A DNA stretch of 64,000 bases from Utricularia gibba (GCA_002189035.1 CM007989.1:310001-374000); one strand, 5' to 3'. Numbered from the stretch's first letter, positions 25,801 through 40,040 are shown. Program-made: numbers and translations. The notes: generated by a model from the letters alone, not told the origin.

Positions 25801-26939
25801 AGTTTTCATAATCAGTTGACTAATTTATGTCTTTTGATTTCGAGCTGTCAGCATAAGCATTGATCCTGCGAAATACCAAAATCAGGAAGCTCTAAAATCA
25901 GGACAGTTCGGCGAGAGTGGGGGGGCCTTATCAAAGAATACAGTGCTGGATGCAGCCCATGTTCCGAAGTCTCAAATGAAAACATCCTCTGGCCTCTGTC
26001 TGAAGCGAAAGACGGTGGAGGTAATTTATTGTTTATCTTGTCCGTATTCGCGTATTTCAGACTAGTTCATTGAGTTTCATCAAATATTTTTGCTAAAATT
26101 TTGAAGACCCGCTTCCTATGATTGATATGCCTAATATCACTTGCATCTAAAGGATAACCTTGGTGCTATTTCCGCACATCCACAAAAACGCTGTCTTCAG
26201 TCACCACCTGCAAGCAGGTTTATGACGATGTTAGGTATTTCCAGGATTATCTCCCTAGGATGATTTTGTCGCTTATTTTTTCAGAAGTCCAGAGGAAGAA
26301 TCAGATAAGTTCGTGAATAAGAAGGTAAAGTTACGTAAGTTTACACATGTCCGATGGGGTGGGGTTTCTGAATCGAAGTTACTCAAATAAAAGGGCTTTG
26401 AACACTGCTAGCAGACACCCCACATCAGCCCAGAAGAAGATTCCATCAAAAATAAAATCGACGATGAATCTCCTTTTATTCATCAAGATGACAAGATTAG
26501 GGGACTGGAGATAACATACTCAATTGAGGATAGTAGCAACATCAATCAAGCTGAAGCATTCGGCAAGCATTTAGATGATGTGAGCCTGACATTCCCCTAT
26601 CTTTTCTTCTATAACTATTTGCATTCGCGTTGAACATGGTTGCGCTAAATGTCTGTCACAGATTTGTAACATGCTGAGAAAGAAGAATGATGAGGCAAAA
26701 GACATGTTAGCTCAAGACATTGTGAGCAACAACAAGCTGCTGCTGCTCCACAGTCCTCTTTTTGAACTAAAGATATCCTTTCTCTCTCACTCCCCTAGTT
26801 TAATTTTTTTCGCATTGCTGAAAGAAAGAATACTGGCACTCCAGTGGGAACCTTAACAGCTTACAAAATTTCTACAGCTCAGAGGAAACTAGCAGAATTA
26901 TCACTGAGCAGCAACCACAACCGAACGTTTCACGTATGA
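22870..26939 (+). CDS. Uncharacterised At4g18490-like protein, multi-exon (internal exons only partly resolved)
   Basis: N-terminal exons MAEPKE..|DLDDDKDFLASWKS..FDFD..KGKKKSFEFD|DMDFNLDSDFGKVSSFNIDIPDLD and C-terminal ICNMLRKKNDEAKDMLAQDIVSNNKLLLLHSP match the recalled family. The last exon follows an AT-AC intron. Confidence 0.7.
26773..26864 (+). other. Putative U12-type (AT-AC) intron
   Basis: 5' ATATCCTTT at 26773, branch-point CCTTAAC at 26851-26857, AC at 26863-26864. Splicing restores an in-frame C-terminus KISTAQRKLAELSL...*. Confidence 0.72.
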
Positions 26940-27015
26940 AGGTAGCCTCCTGGACCTGCTCTAAGTGTCATTCCTAATAATCAACTGAAATCAAAGAGAC
27001 AGAGCATGGGATATA

Positions 27016-29428
27016 TTACGCCTGAGTTTGCTGAAGTTTCTTATCATTTCTACCCCTCTTTCTTAGCTCCCTTCTTTCAGATGAATATTGCTTTTTTATC
27101 AGCAAATTTCGCATTGATCGCTTCACAGCTTCCGCTGCATCTGAAAATGCTGCTTCTCCTATCGAAACTCGTCCTTGCAATGCCTTGAGGAGTGCATCCC
27201 CCCTGGAATCTGATCGTCATCTAAGATCAGTGTCTCTGGTTCCACGTTCTCTGAGCTGCTACCGACTGAGATAACCCTTAAACGAACCACTCCACGATCA
27301 CTGGTCTCCATGTTTGATGCTCCCATGACCATCCATAAGAACGGGGAGGGAGCAGCTGCGGCAATGCTCATTGGAATGAACGCCTCTTCTGCTATGGGTA
27401 TAACCTGCAGTGACCACCCATCTTTGAACCAGCTTGCTCAAGGTGACTGGATGAAAAAATTTACTCACTTTGGACAAGGAGAGAGTCCTGGAGGTATGAT
27501 CGTGTCGCAGCAGCATTATTCCTGAAAAGCTAAGGAGATGGTGCAGGAATAAAAAAGTGATCTTGATGATGGAAAATCAACGAATGAACTCAATCTTATT
27601 CACTAAAACAACTTCCAATGAGACAATAAGTTTGCGATGGGAGGTTTAAGTCAAGTTGCCTTTGAATAGCCACAGCGACCATGGAACCAGTAGATGTTGC
27701 ACAAAGATCAGTTATGACTGACGGGATCTCTTCTTGCTGTTCTGTAGAAAGCACCCGGCCTTTGCAATAGAGAAATGGAAACAAAAGCACGACTGAAGTT
27801 AAAAACTGGAAGTGGTGCATCCGAAAAGGTAATAGTGGGGGGCAGTTGAAAAGTTAGAAAAGATGAAATTAACCCCACCTACTTTATCTCCAACAAAATA
27901 TGTATCGAGCAAGGTGCCAGAGGTATACTCCCAGAGCCTAACCTTAAAACCCATTTAACAAAATGGTGTTAGACCACTACAACTACAACTACAACTACGA
28001 CTTTATGCAAATCATTTTGAAAAGCAAAACTCAGGAGAATCTGGAACTCACTGTTGAATCTCCACTTCCTGAGACGAGCAATGCTTGTGACTGATCTTGG
28101 CAACCAACAAATGCAAGTGATGATACAAACCTGGAAAAGTATCAGCAAGGCAGAGCTCAAATCAAGACAATGTTAACTCAAGAAATGGGGTATGAAAGTT
28201 GCAATGTATATGCACGGACGGCCTGAGAAAGACTACCAGATGGTTTACTTTTCAGTTTTAAAACTTAACAACTGGTTTCCACAACACATGGTTTCTTACC
28301 ACAAATTGGATCAGTTGGTATCTGGTTTGTGTAAATAATGTATATGTGACCAGAATAGGTACTAACTCGGTATGTCCAAGGCAGAAGCTTTGTATCTCAT
28401 GGGCACCATTCTGAGGTTCTCTGGGGAAAACGGTCACCTGTATCAAACAATGAACATGTAATTTCATCAGAACAAGCCCCAAGTTAACTCCAAGTTCAGA
28501 GCCGAGGAGGCACATTACACGGATTTTAAAGTCTCTATCGGCAGAAATAATACATCGTCCATCTGGTGAAAATTCCTGCATTTATTATATTACAAGTTAA
28601 AGATTTCAGCTTTCCATGATTCACAAGCTTCATAGCACTTGCAACATAAAAGGCAATAATGAACTTTTTGCATGATAACAGTGTGGAGACATGTGATTCG
28701 ATATATGAATTAAAACAAGACAACAAGACAACAAAGACAAAGAAGAAGTAACATACCAGTCTGGTTATTATGCTGCAATAATGGGAAAAAATTGGAACAG
28801 CCTTCTTGATGGTTGACGACTCAACGTTCTTGTAATCTCCTACATCGACTACATGAACCACACCGAACTTATCCGCAAAGGATATAAACCTTTCATCGGT
28901 GGATATTGCTAGAGAAGTCACTCTCTTCTCTGAAACACTTATCATGCAATTCAAAAAAGTTATTCACAATGTAGCAATCCCATAAATTTGTTAAAAAGAA
29001 GTGAGATGTTCATGAAATGAGAAAAAAACCCATACATGGAACACACACAGCGCCAAGAATCAGTATCCCAAATTTTGACAATCTTGTCATCCCCAGCAGA
29101 GACAAAAAGTCCCCCACTTTTACTGTATCGAATGGCGCGAACTGAGTCTCTGTGCCCTCCAGTATCATCAACTAAATTGACGCCAGAACCATCCCTTCAC
29201 AAAAATCTGTACAATAAGCAAAAACTACTCCACGCACTGCCGAAAACCGTGGGTTGACATAAAACAAACAAATGGAAGTAAGCAATCCGTATATCATTCT
29301 TACGATAGGTTGAACACGCGGATTTGGAATCCAACTGAAATTGAAACAAACTTATGATTCGGATGAACTGCAATCTGAGCTGGGGCAACCTCTGTTTCAA
29401 GCTTCTGGTCCACATGATCATCCTCCAT
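27016..29428 (-). CDS. WDR4: tRNA (guanine-N7)-methyltransferase non-catalytic WD40 subunit WDR4/TRM82; apparent -1 frameshift at 27198-27203
   Basis: MEDDHVDQKLETEVAPAQIAVHP..., FVSAGDDKIVKIWD, FADKFGVV, EFSPDGRCIISADRDFKIR, IQSFCLGHT, LVSGSGDST|VRLW, and C-terminal LLIKKQYSSERRELRKRGRNDKK. Confidence 0.9.
27977..27998. repeat. (CTACAA)n hexanucleotide microsatellite in a WDR4 intron
   Basis: CTACAACTACAACTACAACTAC read directly. Confidence 0.7.
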
Positions 29429-31085
29429 CGCCCCAAAATTCCCAATCGCTCGTCTCGCTAGGGTTTCTTTCAGACGTTTTCCGTTCCCATTTTCTATTGG
29501 GCCTTGTGAGAATGGGCTGCAAACAGTTGGGCACGTGTTTGAGCTTTTGGGCTTCAAATTTCAGTTGAACTTTCGGGTTTGGCATTATTAATATTAAAAT
29601 AAAAAAATATATTTTGAAATTTGAAATATAATAATTTTTTTTAGTGAAAAAGTAACTATATCGAAACGCAAACGCAAAGAGCATCAGCTCGACGTCAGAG
29701 TTCTGGGGTGCAGTTGTGCAGTGAACTAACTGCAACCCAGTAATGGGATGGCATTGAAGATGGAGATAGAAAGATGCGTATGATTGTGAGTGCCAAAAAG
29801 TGAAAAAAAGTTAAACTTTTGGGGAGTTGAATACGCAATCCGATCGTCAGTCCGTGGGTTTCAGATTCATTGAATCATTGCTCAGTCTGCTGCTTTCTGT
29901 TCACAAGAAATCAACAAAACTGGAAGCTTATGGTACGTGCGGGTTGCTTATTTACTGCGGTTGCGTCACAGGCTCACCAAAAGCATGAAAAAAGAAACTC
30001 TTGTTTCATCCCACATCGACGTCATCCTTACAGGATTTGTGGGTTGGATCCATCCAGAGAGTTGAAATCCGACCCGTGACGTCTACGGAAGAAGAAGAAG
30101 TGCAGGTGTCTGTTGAGCATGACATGCGTTTCTCGAAGAATGTCCTTAACAAAGGTTAAAAATTGGAACCTTTATGAAGCTATGATGATCAGAAAGTTAA
30201 GAGGAGAGCTGGCGCTCAAGGGGAAGAAAGGGATGCTACATGACGGTGAAAAAATGGACGGCCGGCGAGACAGTGACTATTGATGGTAACAATTTAAGGT
30301 GATGCAGATGAATCACTGTTCGAAAAATCCTGACTCCGTCCATATTGCATCATTGCTTGTTTCCCTTGTGTGTCGCGTATGGGACACAATGATATCGAGG
30401 GGGCAGGTCAAATCTCAACCCGGGGAGCGATAGAGAGTTGAAAAAATCTCAGCGGTTGCTTGACATTCTGCGATCATGAAAGTATGAGGATGTTCAGGGG
30501 TGTTTTGTGGAAGGCGCTTCCAAAGTGGGATAGCTTTAAAACGTGGAGGGACTAAAAGATTGGAGTGTATTCATGGGAAAAACTATGTGCATTCAATTGT
30601 TATAGTACATCAGTGTTGTCAAAACTTACTGCAACTACGATCAAGAACTATGCGAAGATTGGACTGTACACATGTATTTCTATCTATCCCTTGTGTTGTT
30701 ATTTGGCTCCCCAAGCCAGTTACTGAGGAGGGGCCTGCTGAATGCGTCCCTGCACCTACAAATGGGATGAAAATCTCCTTTTTTCATGAACCGGAATGCA
30801 AGTTCGATGTCTCGGAGCAGATGACAACATCCCAGTCCCCCATCTGGAGACTGAAGGAAGATTCAGAACATCTCATAGGAGTGTGGTCACAGGCCAGAGA
30901 CTTGTGTCTGCTGTTGCTCCTGCCATAATTCCGAGACATGAAAGTTGGTTTCTTTAGTCGTGAGAGATGAAAGCAGAGCACCATGATTCACTAAAACAGT
31001 GGCTTACCTTTAGCAACAGCTAATTTTTCTTGATGTAGGGGGGAGTCGATGCCCAGGGAGTGTGAACGTAATCCTGTTGGATTTT

Positions 31086-33849
31086 TCACAGGAGATTTCT
31101 CGGGCGGTAGCCGTATGGAAATGGCAGCAGCTCTTCGACTTCGATTCTGGAGCTCGAGTAGCTCATGCTTTTCTTGAACCTGTTGCCATTTGACTCAACT
31201 TGAGCTAAGAAGGTACCGCACACTGGCCTATGGTCAGAGAACCTCGACTCTCCGCGGACATAAGACAACTGCTGCAGGCCGTGTCCGTGCCACAGTATAC
31301 GATCACACCTTCATTCCCAGAACACGACACCATCAATCAATCACTGTGCTCAATGATAATCAGGATGACGAGAAGGGTATCTCTTGGAGGTATAGATTAC
31401 CATGCCGGAGTTCTTCTTTTCTCTTTTGGATGAACATCCTCACCGGCATACCTGTCTGAGTTGTTGGAGTATTTGTAAGTGGGAGGGAAATGGATTTTTC
31501 CTTCATTCCATCCAGCGAACACTCTGCCATGCTTCTGCTCTACTCGCAGCTGTTCAGGAAAAAATCAAATTGCTCGACATGTAAGTAAATACATCAATGA
31601 AGTTCCTTGTAGTGAGCAGTAAAATTTACCTGGTCATTCTCCAGCAGAGCTCTCCAGTTATGCATCTCTACAAGGGCTTTTGCGGATCGATACGACAGGG
31701 AAATTCGGTAGTTCAGGTCACCAAGCCATATGATTCTACTGTTAACAGGGAAGTAAAACGTTTTTAGCATCCACTGTAAAGAACAGGTATGCAGCGGCAA
31801 ATGCGAAATAGAGCAGGATGCGTACTCATGGTCAAGAATTGTTCGAGGTGTGTTCACCTCCCCAGCACCATGAACTCTGGGAAATCGCGTTTTCCTTAAT
31901 ATTTCCATGACATCTGAGTTCCTCCGCAGCTCGTCACCGTCCTTCTCACCGGAGGTGAGATGACTACAAACGAAGCAGAAGCTCGTCTGGTGCAAAGACA
32001 TGCTGATTGAGATGGAACCCTGTGTACATGATAAATTGAAAGCTTCAGACCTTTTTTCAGCAGCAAGCTGGAGCTTTAAAACTTGGAAAGTTGGAATGAT
32101 GTACGTACCTTGTTTCCAAGATACCCCATCAAACCTCTGCCAACACAAGAAACTTTAAGATTTTTCACAGCATCTCTGAGATCACTCTTTATCCATATAG
32201 TGAGAAAAATCCCCACCATTTGCTTGCAAGCAACTAAGCAAAAGCTAGATTGTCCTTGATTGATATCCTTGTGATCCATAGGTGAAGTATATGAAACAGA
32301 AGAGTGGTACGTATTTGGCGAATCGTTCATTCGATTTTCCTCATCTGAGAAACCATCCCACCTTCCACTCGGATCAAAGTAATCATTTGTTCTAGTGCGA
32401 TCACAGACACTGAAACGGCGTTCAAACCTTGGATGTTGCATTGAAATATCATCCTCCATCATTCTCAGGCTTCGGCTCAGGGAATGAAAAGATTGGCGGT
32501 GGAAGAAAGAAGGGACCTTGACCTGATCTGAACCTTCAAAGTCATCTTCCACCTCAAAAACTGGATCAGGAACTGGGGAAGGTGTATGACAACTTCCACA
32601 ATGTCCAGGCATGCTATTCAGTGTTCTTCGAATAAGTGCTAGCCATTTTCGTGCAGGGCCATTATCTTCTGTTCCCAGAACATTCCCAGCGTTCAGGGGA
32701 ACTATCTCTTGAAACCTGAACAACAGGGATGAAGTCAGTAACATCCTAAATACTTGTATGGAAGTGACTCGGATTCAAAGCCAAAACAAAAAAAACAAAA
32801 AAAAAAAGATTCAAACAACTGAAGCTGAATCAAATCCAAATAGCCTTTAGAGACTGTATATTCAACTTATGAACTTACCCAAGCACATAGATATCAGCAG
32901 GGGGCGATGTATGCAACCAATCTTCGAGATCCAAATGATCTGGTGGAGATTTTCCGGCCACATTCCATGTAGTAACGAAGATTCTGTTGAACAAAAAGAA
33001 TACACAGATGTGCATGATGGGTGGATATCTATGTTATAAGGCTTGAAAAGAAACATAGACCTTGAAAAATGCATCATGGAAACAGAACCACGGCACAGGT
33101 ACCTGTAGTTTTGAACATCTGTAGTGTGGGATCCATCAAGCTCAATTTTACATCTTTGAGCACGATCCGAGGTTCGCTTCCTCGGTTTATCTGAGAACAA
33201 ACAATAGATATAACGCATTCAAGAATGGAAACACAAAACATTTGCATACTGCTACAATCAGGGCGTTGTCCTTGCAAGTAGTATTAGCGAAGATGTGGTC
33301 CAAAAAGAAAACCAGATTCCTGATTCTACCTGTACCCCTGTTGCTTTTCTTCGAACTGCATGCCTCCCTCTCTGAGAAAGTGTCCCTCCATTCCTCATCA
33401 TGAACACCTGAAAATGCAAAAAAAAAAAAAAAAGAAAGTTAAAGCTGAGGCCTTTAATTGTTACAGTTTATGTCCCACGTCTGAGCGAAGGGGAATAAAG
33501 AATCACAATTATCGTAGGAGCCAAGGGAGGAAAAGAAAAGGGAGAATCTTGAGTCAGATCTTTGTCATGACCGAAAATTATGCAGAGGTGAAAAGGCTTT
33601 TCTGGATATTACCTCCAGAAACAAGTTCACCAGCTTGAAACTCCTCAGCTTTGAATTTGGCTTTAAGCCATTTCTTGACTAGATTCTTGGGCCACGAAAA
33701 CTTTATCAACAACAAAAAGAAAAAAGAAGCAAAATCAGCAATCTTGTATCTTCTAGCCGGAGAAGTAGCAGAATTCATGATCTACTATTTCTCATTTTAC
33801 CCCGGAAGAGAACATCAACCTTGATTTTCTTGGAGTTCTCATCTCTCAT
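31086..33849 (-). CDS. Inositol polyphosphate 5-phosphatase (CVP2/IP5P-like), multi-exon
   Basis: [10 protein letters not shown]|[11 protein letters not shown]..., [19 protein letters not shown]|[77 protein letters not shown]. Confidence 0.93.
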
Positions 33850-34786
33850 TGCTTCTTCAATACTTGCAAAGATCAACTCTTTCCAGGCTCTTATCACCGA
33901 GAACAGACTCAAAATTATAGCAGAGAAGTGGGACACGAGGAGACCCACGCACCAGGAAAAAGATTGAAACCAGGACGGAAAAGAATGTAACTGAGCAGCA
34001 AAAAAACACAGAAGGGGAAAATCAGAGATGCCCAGATACAAGAACTCTCTCTTTGCTGCAGTTATTCGAAAAGTACGCAACGCAAAGAAACAAAACCGAT
34101 TTTGAAGGATGGGACGCTGCAAGACAACGAGACTCAGAATGTTGAAAACAGGACAATGCAGGACATAAAGATAAACAACGGACAATATAGAGATATGGGC
34201 TTCTGCTTGATGGGGTGTGAGGTTTGTTTCTCTTCTACAGACCTCGTTCCCAGTACACAGAAAACAAAAACAAAAAATCAAATCTTGAAGAGAATAAAGT
34301 GCAGGGAGGGTGAAAACCAAGATGGGAGGTATTATTTAAGAACGAGGGAAAAAACACGTAGACACCACACCCATTTCTCGAGGTGTCCAAATGTCTTCTT
34401 TGGATGAAAACCAAAGGGCCCTGTGACCCAAGCTTTTGTTTCTAGAGAACGCCATCGAAATGTGCATTTTTGCTCACTGCCCAACGTGGCCCCCCAGCCT
34501 GCCCGGATTCTCGTCCCTCTCGTAGACCAGACCAGACCACACCAGATCAGCGCCCGCCCGCCCCGGTCCCTATAACAACAGAGAGGATACACTGATGCGG
34601 GTCGCTTTTTCATAGAATTCACATTTTGGATGAAAATTGATAACAAGATGTTCGAGCATGAAAGCACAAACCCTATTACTGCTGTTACCAACGAGTCATT
34701 GGCGTGGCATTTTGAATTAACTGCAAAAAGATCTTAGAAAAGGAAACTTCTGTGGAGTTTGGAGACACTCTCATCATTCTTGGCCT

Positions 34787-35079
34787 TGAAAGCAACCACA
34801 TTCTCATTTCCCCATCAGGCCTCTCACTTTCTTCGATGCTGGAGGATGCATGTTGAGTTTTTGGTTTAAGCACCTCATTCTACTCAAAAAACAAAACACC
34901 CCCTTTGTAATAGTTATCATTTTTCCAATTCACGCAACTGTTGATTGGAGCCCATGACGGTGCGTGCTACATCGATTCATCTACTGGCTGGAGGACTAGA
35001 AAAAAGATGAAGGTTTTGTGCATCGACGTGAAAGCAACCACATTCTCATCTCCCCATCACGCCACTCAGTTTCTTGGAT
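34787..35079. repeat. Two ~51-bp direct repeat copies (34787-34837 and 35029-35079)
   Basis: TGAAAGCAACCACATTCTCATTTCCCCATCAGGCCTCTCACTTTCTTCGAT versus TGAAAGCAACCACATTCTCATCTCCCCATCACGCCACTCAGTTTCTTGGAT: 5 mismatches. Confidence 0.75.
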
Positions 35080-37163
35080 ATCGCTAGTAGGCCATTCTAG
35101 GATGCCTTTAGAGTGATGAAACATTCCAGGTCTTAGTCTAATCTTCCATCATTAGCATGGCGCACCACTCATGGCCTGTATGTGTCCAATTCACATACAA
35201 ATCATAGCCATCACGTACATTCATTGACCACAAAGAAAAGCAAGATGATCATTAGGTTCTTGAGTAGTTCCTCGAGTTGCACAATTCCTGGACATGTTCC
35301 CGATGAAGATTTCTGGGTTCACAAATCACGATCATGTCTACCTTAAAGAAACAGCCACCATTTTGAATCTTGGGTTGGGGCTAAACTAGGCGAGCAACTT
35401 CGTTTATCTCCCTTGTCCGAGAATGCATCTTTAGTACCCCCCCAACTTGGGAAACGCACCACTCGAGTTCAAACTTCAAAGTGTCAATTCCTCAGTCTAA
35501 TACTGAACCTTGGTCCAGGTTTGGAATTTTGGTCCTATCATTCAATTACCATGAATTCGTCTTCTCTCTTCATCATCCCACTACTCTCTTGTCACTTGTC
35601 ACCCCAACAGACCAGCAGTTAGCTGGTTTCCTCCCATTTTTCAATTGCAACTCAAATAGCGTGGCGGATTAGCATTGCATCAGGCCCTCTGGGCACACAC
35701 CTGCATTTGCTTTAAAAAGAAAAAAAAGAAGAAGAAAGAAACCAGAAGCACCCCACCATCAACACAACACACACATTCAACCATTCTTTACTCTACCCTC
35801 TGTCTCCTGGATTTTGGTCATCGCAGAGATCAAGGCAGGGGCCACGTCATCGTCAACTTGTACACCCACAATTTCTCTTAGAAGGGCATCCTAATCGCAC
35901 TAGGGATTAACAACTGCTAAAGTCGCTATACAATGACGTCAATGATCTAACAGCTCTTTTTAATCAATAATTCACTGGCTTATCTTCTAATTAAAGGTGA
36001 ACTGGAAAAAAAAAAGGAAAAGAAAAAATAGTATCCCCCGCTTTTCTTTTAAAATAAATCAATATAATAATATAATTTTCCCGACATCCAATAAAAACCT
36101 TTTTTTCTTTCAAAATAATATATAATAAACATGAAACAGACACAAACTCGTGTGTGTTTTTTGTTCTATTGAATTAGTTTATTATTAATAATAAATAATC
36201 GCAACTGGGTGCAAAGGGTAAAAAAGTCTTTTCCTAGCCTTTATCAGTCATTACTGAATACCTCATGTGTTTAGACATGTAATTATTAAAAAAAGCCCAC
36301 AATCATTATAATACAATTAGTCGCAATTAATAAATGAAGGTCGTTTTCGTAATTGCCCATTTCCAGACGGAAAAAAATATTCACGTTTTCATAAAATTAT
36401 ATTATATTTGATAGATATGTTTAAAAAAAATCCAATTTTATTTGAATAAAAAATATATTAAAAAAAGTTGTTAAAAAATATATATAAATCATGAATTTGT
36501 TGAAAAAAATTATGATCCTACACACTTGTGTGTTGTGACAACAACTGCTATCAGGTTGCAACATGAAAAGCAGTCAATGGAAAGGCACAAGGGGGAAGAG
36601 GCGGCAGCGGGTTACCTGAATGAGGCCTGTGGGTGTGCGTAGTAGCAACTTGAACAGCAACTTGAAAGACATGAAGTAAGAGCACATGGGTTTTGGATAT
36701 GATGTGCAACAGTTTGATTGATCTCTGGGAGAGTAAGTAGATGAAAAGAAGAAATGGCAGGGGGGTAGCAACAAGACAAGAAACACAGGGGGCTCAGAAT
36801 GGGCTCTGGGGAATGAATGGGATGACCTGTTTGTTCCATGTGTGTGGCACTTGCCTTTGCTTCCTTGGCTATTCCACTGGCTCTGGGCTCTTGCACTTGC
36901 CGGCATTAATGGCGGAAACTGACCTACACGATGTCAATGGGCTGTCAATCTTTAACACTTGAGACCACCTCAAAAGTGACAAATCAGTACAATATTTAAC
37001 ATTCAAGGACACATGGAGTTAATATCAGCCTAGGTTTGTGACCGCTAAGGTTGAGGTCCAGACCTTCATCATTGCTTAACAACACAGACACCAATTGGGG
37101 TGGGGTGCTTAGAAAAATCAATGGACAGCACACAAAGATGTGTTTATGTTACCTGCTGTGCAG

Positions 37164-37637
37164 TCACGCTACATTCTTGCTCCACTGATTGTAGCAATCC
37201 CTTGCTAATTTAATGCATTCAGCCCAGTGAAGTATCTGGGCATTGGGATCAGTCTCCAAAACAAGATCACAAACGTTGATCTCAGTGCTTCCCTTGTAGC
37301 CCTTGACCTCACCTCTCACCCTTGCAACAGTCCCCAACTGGGTCAGAGAAGCAATGTCTCTGTTCATTTGGGCTTTTACTCGAACACTTGGTAGGCTATA
37401 TTTCCCATAGTGAGGTGAGGTTTCATGGTTAAGCCAAATCACGCATGGAATGCAACCAGTTCCATCGTCAACGACGAAGAGTAGCTTCCCCGGTTTCAGA
37501 TTCCGGGAAACCACAACTCCGACGGTCTCCACGCGAGAAACCGGCATTCCGCCCCGAAAGAAGCATCCCCTGTTTGCAGAAAGTGACAAGAAATCAAAAG
37601 CTAAGAGTTTCGCGTAGGATCTTCGAGTAACATCCAT
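37164..37637 (-). CDS. STN1: CST complex subunit STN1, single exon
   Basis: MDVTRRSYAKLLAFD...VSRVETVGVVVSR...FVVDDGTGCIPCVIWLN...GTVARVRGEV...ETDPNAQILHWAECIKLA matches the plant STN1 OB fold. Confidence 0.92.
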   Translation of the reverse strand: MDVTRRSYAKLLAFDFLSLSANRGCFFRGGMPVSRVETVGVVVSRNLKPGKLLFVVDDGTGCIPCVIWLNHETSPHYGKYSLPSVRVKAQMNRDIASLTQLGTVARVRGEVKGYKGSTEINVCDLVLETDPNAQILHWAECIKLARDCYNQWSKNVA

Positions 37638-38011
37638 GTTGACAAAAGTCCCTATTCCCGTGAAATCAACGTGAGTAACAAATCCTTTATCCAATCAATT
37701 CATGTCCAGCCATCAATCCATTTGACCAATAATTCCATGAATGGCGTGGTTTCACATCAAATCACTCGTCAGTGGAAGTTATGACAAGATGCAGTAATAA
37801 TGGCCAAGCTGGATTATGGAACCATCGCGCTGTGAGAATGGGCTGCGCGTGATGAGGTACAGAATCTCCTTCACCCACATAGGGAATTTCATCAAAACCA
37901 CCCCAGAAGGTGAAATCACTTTTCTTTTTAAATTCAAGAGTCATAAATACCCGAATGAGAAGGTTTTGTCATATTACAAGAACATGAAAGGCCACGAGAT
38001 GCTCCAAATTC

Positions 38012-39141
<1,130 letters not shown>

Positions 39142-39961
39142 AAAAAATGATGGTTGTAATGTGATATTGATAAATGCTAGGCTGCATTCAGCATCCAAAG
39201 CATCATAAGAAAAGCGGAAGAACCAAAAACAAAACTACCAACTAAATGGAAGAAACATGCATATATGTTGTAAAGCTTGTTGCATTTATCTCGTAGAAAT
39301 AGTAGAGCCAAATTAACCAAAGAATCGAAAACTTTACGGAAAGTGTCATACATAAAATTTGTATAGAAACTACTTAAACATGTAATACAGAAACTACAAA
39401 CCTCCAGTAAACTCAAACGAACTAGAAAAATCGAATATCAATTCAGCACTGAATGAGAAACAATTTGCAGACAACAAAAAACGTACTTCCACGCCAATAT
39501 TGTGTCACAGCAAATGGGAGTTTTTCAACCATTTCAACATTTTCATGATCTTATCATACGCTTCTTGTTCATAACCCATAAGGATAATTCTTTCGTGATA
39601 AATTATAACTGAAATGAAAATATTTGCTCCACTATACTGAAAACACGCTTTCGTGGTGTCCAATGAAAGGAAGCGTGAACCAGACGGAAAGACGACACTA
39701 AAGAAAAGAAAAGCCTTACCAGCACAAATGAAGCCGAGCTCAGTCAACAGCCCTTCCCGATTGCTGACCAAAAGATAAACCCTTGCCGGCGAACGGCAGC
39801 GGCAGAATCGCAGTCGAGGTTCCTCTAATTTTGGGCCCAAATCTTGCGTACACTGGGCTTTGTCAAGACACAAATATCTAGATGGGCCACCTTAAGGCCC
39901 AACTCTTGCAACGAATCAGAACTTCCGATTTGAATGAAAATAAGTAGGCCAACCCAAGCAA

Positions 39962-40040
39962 TTATCAATAATTTAACTTTTTTTATTTTTTTTATCAATA
40001 ATTTAACTTTTTTTATTTTTTTATCAATAATTTAACTTTT
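39962..40040. repeat. AT-rich ~30-bp tandem repeat, about 2.7 copies
   Basis: TTATCAATAATTTAACTTTT... recurs at 39962, 39992 and 40021. Confidence 0.85.

Noticed and set aside
30008-30018. Perfect plant snRNA upstream sequence element ATCCCACATCG
   Set aside because: No TATA box at the expected ~24 or ~33 bp spacing and no recognisable snRNA downstream.
36845-36905. Partial miR169-like strings (TAGCCAAGGA and CCGGCAAGT on the minus strand)
   Set aside because: Only 9-10 nt match, and the arrangement is wrong for a precursor or a target mimic.
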